DNA of 64,000 nucleotides from Piromyces finnis finn. Lineage: Eukaryota; Fungi; Neocallimastigomycota. Shown piece after piece: positions 42,001-52,837 of this stretch (position 1 is its first letter; every line of letters begins with the position of its first letter). The DNA is taken from contig MCFH01000035.1 in NCBI GenBank assembly GCA_002104945.1, positions 248,001 through 312,000 of the forward strand. The letters are read 5' to 3'. The position numbers and the translations under genes were made by a program. A model generated the notes under the pieces. That model saw nothing but the letters and a program-made list of their open reading frames with translations, was not told where the DNA came from and ran no database searches.

Positions 42001-43217
42001 AGAACCAGCTAATGATAAATTAAAGGAAGCTTTTAATAATTTGAAATACATTTACTATCGTGAAATGGTAAGAATAAAAAAGAAATACATAACGTATTTT
42101 TCTTTACTTCTTTTATTTACCTCTTTTTTTTTATTATTATTTTCGTTCATTTTTAATTCTAATTTTTTTTTACCTCATTTTTTTTTTTTTTATTCGTTCA
42201 TTTTTAATTCTAATTTTTTTTTTTAACTTTAAAAACTATAAATCCATAGGCCAGAAAATACAGACAAAATATTACACCTGAACGTAAGGCATTATTAGAT
42301 TGGAAATTATCAGCTAGTATGCTTTTCAAAAATAAAAAGAAGGGTTACAAGCAAAGTGTAAAGGAAAAATTTGTAAAATTCTCTTCAAATAGTGAATTAA
42401 AAACACCTTTAATAAATAAAAGTAAGTTTCAAATAAATTTTAATAACTAATAAACAAGGAATTTATTTTAAACTATTTTTTAAATATCTAATTATTAGGA
42501 GCTGTACAAATGACACTTCCAATTAACAAAATTCACCGTAGAAATACAAAGAAGCAAGTAGAAAGAAACTTTTTATTAACAAATAACTCTATTTATATTT
42601 TAAATAGTGATAATTCCAAGATAAAAGATATTATAAACTTATCAGATATTAGTACTATCAGTACTTCACCACTAAATGATAATATCATGATTCTTCATGT
42701 TAAGAATAGTTCAAAAGGTGACTTAATGTTAAGTACTGAAGAACGTAATTCTACCAAGGTAATATCAGTAATATCTTATATTTGGATGTTAGCAAGAAAG
42801 CGTGGAATTCAAATACCAATTAATGTATCAGATGAGTAAGTTACCTTAAAATTTATAGCATTTGCATGACTATACTATTTATAATATTATAGTTGATAAT
42901 CAAAGGAAATTAATAGTATAATTTATAAAGGATTTAAAATGTTTAAACCAATACTAATAAACTTTAATATAATATAATATAGAATCAATATGAAATGCTA
43001 TTCTCAAACTTGTAAATTTGTATTTAGAGAAGCCGATAAACTCAATGATGGTACACAATCTGACAATGAAACCGCAAAGATTAAACCAACTGAAGTTAAA
43101 GGTCGCAGAAGAGCAAAATCATTTGCTACAAATAAATTCGAAAATTCTTCCCATCATAAAAGAAATAACTCAGCACACTATAATAATTTTAATACTATTT
43201 CAAGAGTACAATCTTAA
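39086..43217 (+). CDS. Class I myosin heavy chain, short-tailed (motor, IQ, TH1), multi-exon
   Basis: N-terminus [38 protein letters not shown]. Motor motifs GESGSGKT (P-loop), [21 protein letters not shown] (switch I), DIYGFE (switch II), [26 protein letters not shown] motif [10 protein letters not shown]1-like tail with [22 protein letters not shown]. No SH3 domain seen. Confidence 0.92.
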
Positions 43218-45118
43218 AAAACTATCAAATATCACCAATAATATATATCAAATAAAAACAAAGATGACTCATTAATCTATAAATATTTCTAAAGAAAAAA
43301 AAATGTATAAAATAAAAAAAATAACAACTCTTTAATCTCTCTCACATTCTACCATATTATTCAGTATATTTAATTAAATTCTATTAGTACTTTCTTTTTT
43401 ATTGTTATTATAATTTTAAAACAAACAAGTAAAAAAAAATGAAAAAAAAAAAAAGAAATAAAAACAGGAAAACTCATCCATCCAAAGGATTCCTTTTTTT
43501 TTAAAAAAAAAAAAAGTTTCTCATTACTCTGATATATATAATATCAAAATAGGTAAAATAAAGAAAATAGTTCACCTTTTTAAATATTTTATTTGTATTA
43601 AATTACTAAAAATATATATTTATATTTTTATTTATTATAAAACCATTAAACAACAACAACTACAAAAAAAAAAAGAATAATTTAATAATTATAAACTACT
43701 TTTTTAAATAAGAAAATAATTTCATAAAAATAATCTTTTTTTTTACTTTTAAATATAAATTATATTTATATATATATTTATTTAAATAAAATAATCCATT
43801 AATTCTAAAAAATATATATATATATATTTTCAATTAAACTATTTACTTGACCTCTTTTTAAAACCTTTTTTTTTTTTTTTTATGTTTTTTCTTTTTTTAA
43901 TATGTAGGGGGGAATATAATAAATAAATTAGAATATGAATAAATATTTACCCATTATTATTTATTTATTTTTTTATTATATAAATATAATTATATATAAT
44001 AAATAATAAATAATAATAATAATAATTAAATAACCTTTTTTTATTTATTTTATCTATTCTTTTTAATAAAAAATAATAATTGACGATTTTTTAATCCCTT
44101 ATTTTTTTTTTTTTCAAAAAAAAAAAAAAAAATAAAATAAAATAAAAACATAACTTGGATAATTATTAGTTTATTTTAAAGTATTAAAAAAAAAAAAAAA
44201 AATTACTTTAAATAATAATAATTTTCTATCTTTGTATCAAAAATAAATGAATAATAAAAAAAAAAGAAAAAACAATTTTAGTTTTTAGTATATATATAAT
44301 ATATATTCATATGTAAATAGTATCAATAAAAAAAAAATAAAAGAAAAAAATACAAATAAAAAATTAAAAAAAATAAAAAATCTAAAAGTCACCATGATCA
44401 ATAATTTTAAAACTTTTCACACAAAAAAAACATAATGCCAACAACACTAATAATGGTAAAAAAAAAAAAAGTAATAATACTAATTACTTTATAAGAATGA
44501 TTTCAATAATACATTATTTGTATATAAAACCATAATAATAATAATAATAAATCTTATTAATGAGTCAATTCATTGATCCTTTGATTGAAAAAAAAATAAT
44601 AATAATAATAATAATAATAATATAAATAAATTATAGTAAAAATAAATAAAATAATTAAAAAGTTTATTTTGTGAATATGGGAATATGATATGTACCTAAA
44701 AAAATTTTCTTTTTTTTTTTTTTTTGTAATTAAAAAGAGAATACACTTTTTTTTGTATTTATTTGTGATATTACTTTATATTAAATGATAGTCCATATTA
44801 ATAAAAATAAATAATAAATAAAAATAATTCAATATATATATAAAAAAAAAATAGTTTAAATGAACTTTTGCAATTTGTGTACGGTGTGTGGGATCGATCC
44901 CTACCTAATAAATAAAATAAAAAATAAAAAAAGTAACATCGGATGTAATGATGTGGTTTTCATTCAAAGAAATACCAACATTGAACCCTTTGTACGAAAC
45001 ATAAGGAATGTTCCTTTGTCATATCGATACGACGACGGCGCCCTTTATAACCCTAGGATGTCTTACTAAACCTATCGAAAAGTAGCTCAATTGAGCTACT
45101 AATGATAAGGATTGTTTT

Positions 45119-45121
<3 letters not shown>

Positions 45122-45155
<34 letters not shown>

Positions 45156-48100
45156 GGCATCAAATATTTTAAACTTTATTATTAATTTAATTAAAATTAT
45201 AATACATGTAATATAAAAATTAAAATAAAATAAAAATAAAAAAAAAAAATATGTTTAAATAAACACAAATGAATAAAAATTGGGTATAATGTATTCTAGT
45301 AATTTTAATTAAAGTAAGAAAGCCACTTTGATTCTAAAGTATAATAATTGTATTTGACTTCCAATGGGACACCGAGCCAAAGATCAAAATTTTGTCATGG
45401 AACAAAATTATGATCTCCATTGGTTGCGCTGGCCCTCCTGGCCTGTCTTACTGTTTCTTCAGCATTGACGCTCTTGGATGTTGCTTCAAACCTTTTGAAC
45501 ATTGACCATTGCTGGCCAATAGCAAAAGGCATGATTTTGGTTAGAAGTTCCGCGGTTACCGTCAAGAATGGTGCTCCTTCATTAGTACCAGATTGAATCT
45601 GACGCTTACAAAGTTCTTTCCATTCCCTTGAATTGTAATTAATATTGTTAAAACTTCTTCCCCCAAGAAGGAATTTAAATATTTTACTGCACACACTAGA
45701 ATAATCATACACATTAATATTCACCGGATTATTAGAACTATTACTATCATTAACTAAATTACTATCTAAATTAGAATTATTATCTTCACTATTGCTATCA
45801 TTATTAATATTATTATTTCTATTACTACTATTGTTATTATTACTATTTCTATTATTACTATTACTACTATTGTTATTATTACTATTGTTATTATTATTAT
45901 TGTTACTATTACTATTACTGTTATTGCTATCTCTACTGACATTATCAATTTCATTATTATTGATAGGACTATTGGAATTACGTTGACTGAAAAAATTTAA
46001 TAGCTGGACTATGGAATCATAATGTTTAATACGGATATCTCTAAATGTTGGACAATCTAATAACCAATGTTTAATACTTTGAACACCACACTTGCAACAT
46101 GGACAGTAGTTAGGACAAATTGGATCAACAAATTTAGCAGCTTTGGCAACTCTAGCATCCAACTTATATCCGCTTCTTGCTTTCAATAGCCAGTAGAAGC
46201 CATAGGCAAACTCTGGGTACTCATAACATAATTTAATAAAATCTTTAGTTTCAATAAATTTATTATCATCATAATATTGCGCTTTGATTGAATTCCCTTT
46301 GAGATCTTTCCAATAAAAGTTTTTAACTGCTTTAACATCTCCATGCTTCTTTAGTTTTTTATCAAGTGTCCTACTTGATTTGCACCACGTGTATTTTCTA
46401 AATTTAGGAATGTAATTGACAAGGTGTGAGATAATACAATTTGAGTTTTTCCATTTGTTAAAACATCTAACCTGAGCTAACGCACATTTGGCTGACAATG
46501 GAGGAATATTCAAATCTTTTGAAATAGAGTATAAAGATATAAACGATACAGCTTTATGAACTCCGGCAACCCATCGTATTCCTTTGTTAACATGCTTCTG
46601 AGCAATCCTAGACCTAGCTTTGTTGGATCCAAGTAATGGTGCAAAGTATGAAACTCTGCTAATCACTTGAGAGTTAAGTACTAGTTTTTTGAAAGGAATA
46701 GGAATATTAGGATTTCTTAAGAATTTACTGACTGAGAAAAGTCCTTTCAAAACCTTGTTATTAAGAACTTTAATTACTGGTTTAAGGGACAAATTCTTAT
46801 CAAATGGAACACCAAGATAAGTGTAGCAGTCAGTAGTTGGAATGGGTTGTCCTGCTAAGTAAAATGTTGGATCTCTCTTGTTCTGATTTTCTATTGATTC
46901 AGGACGAATCACCATCGTTGAACATTTCTGGATACCAAATTCCATTTCATTATACAAGGCCCATTCATTAACTCTTCTAAGCATCTTTTTTAAGCATCCT
47001 CTTGTTGGAGCACAAATAACTATATCATCTGCAAAAAGTCCACCACAGCATCGAGTGTCACCTAAACTGACTCCGAGATCTTCACACTCTTTAAATATAT
47101 CATTAATAAAGAGATTAAAAAGAATAGGCGAAAGTGGGCAACCTTGACGGACTCCTTTCTTCACATCAAAAGATTTCGAGAATTGTCCATCTAATTTGAC
47201 ATTAGCCTTAGATGTTAAATATAAATTTTTGATGAATTGTAAACTCTTACCTCGGATTCCTAAACAATCTAATTTATGGAGAATATTACCGATTGGGACT
47301 GAATCGTATGCTTTCCTGAGATCTAAAAAGGCCAAATATGTCTCTTTATTATCTAATTGACGTCTACGGCATATTTCTTGGATTGAAATGAAAAGACTGA
47401 TACTTTCTTCCTTTTTTCGAAAACCAAATTGTTCAGGTCTAATGAAATTATTCTTTAGACCATATTCTGAAATTCTAGTGGTGACAATTTTGGAAATCAA
47501 CTTAATACCATTATTGATAAGTGATATACCTCGATAGTTATCACAATCTGTCAAATCTCCCTTCTTAGGAATAGAAACAATACTGGATTCATTCCATGAG
47601 TTGGGGAAATCTCCATCCCAAATACGGTTAAATAATTTAAGAATAAAATTTAAACCATGAGCATCATTATCTGAAGTAGTATTACCAGAAGAATTATTAT
47701 CTGTAGCATTATTAGAATCATTACTTGATGGAACTAATGCTTTGTAAAATTCAATTGGAATACCATCCGGACCTGATGCTTTATAATTTGGAGTAGTGAG
47801 GATAGCTGACTTGACTTCATCAATACTAATATCTTGGTTGATATCCCACTCATCAAGCATAGGAAGTGAAAAAACGTTTATTCGTTGGTTCTTCATACCA
47901 ATGCTCCAAATCAAGACTTACACCACTTGGGTCTGATGCAAGATTTTCGAAATGATCATGCCACACATCTAGTTGTTCTTCCGTAGCAACAACTAATTCT
48001 CCATTTTTATTTTTAATTGGTTGAGCAATAAAGAAAGAATCTTTTCCAATTTTTGCAGTTTTCTTGATCCATTTCCAGGCCTTCTTAGGATTATGACTCT

Positions 48101-50705
48101 TCATATACTCACATCCTGTTTTAATCCAATGAAGATATTCTTGCTTCCTAAATTCATTACATCTTTTGTGGATGTAATCAATGAGTTTACGGTAGATTTT
48201 AATTCTTTTAATAAATTCATCTATATCATAAATTCTTTCTTTTTTAAATCTCTTATACAACTTCATTTTGATTTTTTGAAGATTAAAAATTTGTTGTGAA
48301 ATATGAAATGAAGACTTTATAACATTATTTGCTGAAGTAATACTGAGCTCGTCTGCAATTGAAAAAGCAGTTGAAGTAAACTCTTTGGAAAGTTCATCTG
48401 TAGAAACATTAGGATCGTTGGATTTTGCTGAAAGTATTTGGAATTTATTATGACTGAGAATAGATTCCTTTTCCTCAATACATTTTAATCTATTCCATTT
48501 CAGAATTTTCTTAGGAACATTAAAGTCATTAGAAAAATCTTCCATAGGAATAATTTTACCATTAATAAGAAGTGGCTTATGGTCTGATACAGGATAAAAA
48601 TTATTTATAAATGATCCTGAGTGAATAAGATCTTTCATCTTAGAATTGATAAGAGCATGGTCAATGTCGGAAGATTGATCACCTCGAGTCCAAGAGATAG
48701 TAGACCCTCTAAGCGGAAGAATTTCCCAATCTCCTAATCCATTAGTTGATAACCAGTTGGATAATTTTACTTTAGACATATTAAAATCACCAACAAGAAT
48801 CGATGGATGGGATGAATGAGTTTGTAACCACAAGCGAACTTCTAACTTTGCATGATCAACATAGATGTTGTGATGACTATGAGGCATATAAACATTTCCA
48901 ATCGAGCATTTGAATCTATTCCAGAGACTAAAAGTATAAATAGAAATAATATACTTTCCAGAGAAGTTTTCAAGTGAGGCTTGACATGAATTGTGAAAAC
49001 CTAAATATAAACCTCTCATTCCCGGAACTGATTCGTCAGCTTTCTTGAAAAAGTGTCTATAGTTTCGCAAAGTAACACGACAAGGATAATCTGTATTCGA
49101 TCCAGAACCATTACCAGTTTCTTGGAAACATAAAAATAATGGTTTGAAAATAGCTGTGAAATAGCTAATACTATCTCTCTTTTCGTGATTCCACCCATTG
49201 GTGTTCCAACTAAGACAAAAAGAAAAGTTATCAGGCTTGTTGGATGAGGAAGAATCGTTGCTATTATTATTATTATTAAAGTCATCGTTATTAATGGATG
49301 ATGCATCAGAGGAATAAGTAGAACTATTACTAGATGGCTGTGAAACTGAAGAACTATCAACTATTGAACTGTTATCAGAGTTGATAGAGCTATTAGAATT
49401 AATTGTTGAATGTTGAGATTGAAATTGTGTTTGCTGTAGATCTGGAATATTTTCATGATTGGAAACTTGTTGAAGATCTTGTTGAAGATCTAGTTGAAGA
49501 TCGGATTGTTGATGAGATTGTTGAACTGATTGTTGAAATGATTGTTGAATAGAATGTTGATGTTTATTAGAAACTAAAATTTTACGTTTGAGAGTGGAAA
49601 AAGTGTATTTGTGATTCCTTCTACTACGAGCTGAAAAGGAAATTGAGGTAACTGAAAGTTTCTTCTTTAACATGTGTAAGATTTTAATACAATCTTTCGA
49701 TGAACCATGAACCTTGACTAAGAAAAAGTGATCATTGAAAGTCTGAAAATATTTAACACTAATAACTGAATTAAATTTATCTTCTAGAATAACCTCGAGT
49801 TTTTCCCATAGCATATTTACTGACCATGATCGAATACCACGGATAAAGAAGGAGCGAATATCATCTAAGGGGATACCATAAGACCGGGTACCACGTCTGA
49901 TATAATTCTTGTCTTTAATATAAAGGACTGACATGATAATAAATTCTAATTAAAAATATTGAATATAAAATAAATACTAATAAAAATTATAAATATAACG
50001 TATATGGAAAAAAAATCTGTCTCTCTCTCTCTTCTTAAAAGTACTGGATAGTACAAAAATTGTTACGATGCTTTGTTTAAAGTTTCTTTTTTTGAATTCT
50101 AGTTGTAAATTTTCTTTAAAAATTCTAGTTTTGGTTTGTTGTTAGTAAATTCGAATCGCTTTTTGACACTAAACTTGTTTGACTTTACTTTTCATTAAAT
50201 ATTTAAATTGGTAAAAAATTTGAATCAAGAATGTCGACACCAGAAAGCTTGTGAATAGTATTTTTACATGATGTAGAGTGAATCAGTCTCTTACAAGAAA
50301 CAATACAACAATAGCTACATGAATATAAAAATACAATGCAAATGCTAAAGTTGACTACATTGGATTCTTACAAGAGAAGAGTAGTACTACATGAATACAT
50401 GAATAAAAGAAAAAATACAGCAACAAAATGTATTACTCTTCTAATTAAATACTATACAAACTTACCTGAATATCAAACATTCAACTTATTCATCAAATAC
50501 TTAATTCGATGAATAAAATGTTTTTTAATCGCTCAGTACCATGAGCTTAGTCCTAATAATTTTCCCTTAAAGACTAACCAAGCATCCATTGCGCAATGCT
50601 TGGATTTAATTCTTTCTACTCTCTCAGTACCATGAGCATGAGTAGACCCCCTTGATAAACTCCATTATTAAATAAATGAAGGCACGTTCCTAAGAGGGCA
50701 CCAAG
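45122..50705 (-). mobile_element. Full-length non-LTR retrotransposon (APE endonuclease + RT + CCHC finger), ~5.58 kb
   Basis: A 13-bp direct repeat ggattgttttagt at 45109-45121 and 50706-50718 is the target-site duplication. The T run 45121-45152 is the poly(A) tail of the minus-strand element. 3' UTR about 45153-45394, coding 45395-49934, 5' UTR about 49935-50705. Clade not determined. Confidence 0.95.
45395..49934 (-). CDS. LINE polyprotein: N-terminal domain, APE endonuclease, reverse transcriptase, zinc finger; split by a 1-bp frameshift near 47870
   Basis: ORF 47853..49934 has APE motifs WNTNG, LCFQET, GDFN, SDIDH, SDHKPL. ORF 45395..47914 has KASGPDGIP, NYRGISL, QFGFR, FLDLRKAYDSV, GVRQGCPLSP, FADD and CPCC..QSIKHWLLDC. 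Removing one T from a T6 run joins them as ...EEPTNKR-FSLPMLDEW... Confidence 0.93.
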
Positions 50706-51383
50706 GGATTGTTTTAGTAAGAAAAGTCGTGAGACCCCGATGTAAAGTTGTTCATTCAAACATCTTTGTTCCGCCTTATCAATTGTTTGGTATATAAATA
50801 ATTTTAATTTGTTTTTCTTTTCTTTAGTATTGAAAATACCGACCTTCGTTGCTTTTGCTTTACTTATAGCAATCATGAATAAATACACTTTTTACAAGAT
50901 TTTTTTTTTTATGTTTTATGTCGTTTTTAGTAATTTTATTATATTTATATTTGGTTTTTTTAATATCTTGTATGATATTATATTAATTTACATTACTATA
51001 TAAAGTAATTTAGAACTTATATTAATTTAAAAATGTAATATTAAACTGTTTAAAAATAAATATTGAAAAATAAAAAATTAAATTATAAAATAGGTGAAAA
51101 TATTTTCCTTTTTTTTTTTTTTAAAATAAAAAATAAGAGATGAAATTAATAGATAATTAAGGATTAATTATCAAGTCTACTTGTAATATTTTTTTTTATA
51201 AAAAAAAAAGAAAATATTATTTGTCTATAAATTAATAAATTAACATCCTATATATAAATTAAAAATATATAAATTAAAATAATTATAATACATTAATATT
51301 TTATATGGATTTAAGCTTGAGTCATTTTTTACAACTATTTCACCATAAAAAAATTTCTATAATAAATATTTATATTAAATTAT

Positions 51384-52837
51384 TTAATTGCGATGTAATG
51401 GGTCTTGGTTATCATATACAGGAATACGTGGAATTTCATCTTCTTCAATAGTGGTAGTTTGCATGTAATTGTTAGTAGTTGGTAATGTAACAGATTGATT
51501 TTCATTAGACTTCTTAGAACGTCCAATACTAGATGCTCTACGTTTAACTGAATTGAAAGCTTCTGGGAACTTTTTCTTTAATTCATCATACTTTGTTGGA
51601 TTTTTCTTCTTTAATAAAAGTAAACCAGCACCACCGGCACCAATACATGAAATGGCTAAAACACTTAAAGCAGCACCACTGCTAGATGAATCATCACCTT
51701 CAACTAAATTAGCTTGAGCTACATTTTCACCTTCAGTAGATGGTTGATTAAGAACAATAGTTTCATCATAGTTAGCATTGTTACTCTTTGGAGAACCAAA
51801 GTCAGAACCAGCATCAGTACCATAGGTAATGGTATCTGGGGATTCACCATCAAATTCTAAATTTTTGGTATCCATATCAACTTCACCTTCTTGAGATTGG
51901 ACTTGAGAAATTGGAACTTCAATAGATTCTTCATTATTAGTATTTTGATTATCATTGTTGTTAGTTTCTTCTGGAGCAGTAGTTGGTTGGGCAGCATCAG
52001 TGCTAGTCTTTTTAATGAAAGTATTTTTACCACGAGTAACATTAAAAGTACCATAAGAAGAATTATTAGCAGCAATTCTTCCAGCAAGGACCTTGAAAGC
52101 AGCAATAAATGAATTGTTTGATAAATTGTATGATTCAGCAATAGCATCAACATTATTGTAGAATGGACCTTTAACTAAATTGCCACTTTCTGAGTAAATA
52201 CCCCAAATAATATCACTTCTACCTTCACTATCTTCAGTTAAAGTAGTGTAAGCTTTTCTTGATAAACTAACGTGATAAGTAGTGCAAGATTTACAATAAT
52301 CAACAATTTTTGCCTTGACTATTTATTGAAATATTTATTGGTTTAACAATTATTGATTTTTTTTTTATTATTATTATTTTATATATTTATTTTATTGCAT
52401 ATTAAAAATAAATAACAAAAATGTATTACATTATTATATATAAAAAATTAAGGATAAATTTGAACATTTATTAATAATAATTTTATTATATATTAATAAT
52501 GATATTTTTAAAATCTATATACCTAATACTTTAGCATTAGCCTTGGTTTCCATAACAACAACGTAATTATTGCAATAGCTTCCAATTTCAGAACTCTTTT
52601 ATTTTTTAATCATTAAATTTAGTTAGTTTATCATCTTTTTTTTTTTAATAATAAAGTTATTGTTACTACTATTTTTTTTTTAATTTAAATAATATTTACA
52701 ATTGCACAGTAGTATTCAGTATCAATATCAACATTGCAAGTTTGAACTTGACAATCATCTCCTTCACAATCAAGTGAATCAGCGAATACGCTGAGACTTA
52801 ATAATAAAACAGCGATAAATAAATTAAAAAATTTCAT
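51384..52837 (-). CDS. Type I membrane protein with RlpA-like double-psi beta-barrel (expansin/loosenin-related) domain, 3 exons, ~381 aa
   Basis: complement(join(51384..52318,52523..52595,52700..52837)). Signal peptide MKFFNLFIAVLLLSLSVFA. DPBB pattern TC...YCAISSEIGSYCNNYVVV...VKAKIVDYCKSCTTYHVSLSRKAYTTL...IIW. Acidic/Thr linker, TM helix AALSVLAISCIGAGGAGLLLL, basic tail KKKNPTKY. Confidence 0.8.

Noticed and set aside
44860-45069. 69-aa ORF and the 50616..50888 ORF in the LINE flanks
   Set aside because: Short, with no recognisable motif; 50616..50888 straddles the element boundary. The sequence is better explained by base-pairing than by coding.
45071-45110. Hammerhead ribozyme (gaaa ... 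ctaatga)
   Set aside because: The core would need CUGANGA and a three-stem junction; this is a single hairpin with an internal loop.
45766-45986. Poly-Leu and poly-Ile ORFs on the plus strand
   Set aside because: Antisense readings of the Asn/Ser-rich tract in the LINE ORF.
44858-50880. Assignment of the interrupted island to RNase P/MRP, SRP RNA, snR30/U17 or a group I intron
   Set aside because: Partial look-alikes exist (gaaaagtcgtgag, gaaggtcggt, acattcctt with aaaccac), but I could not build the required partner helices (P4, helix 8, P7) by eye. Left unassigned.
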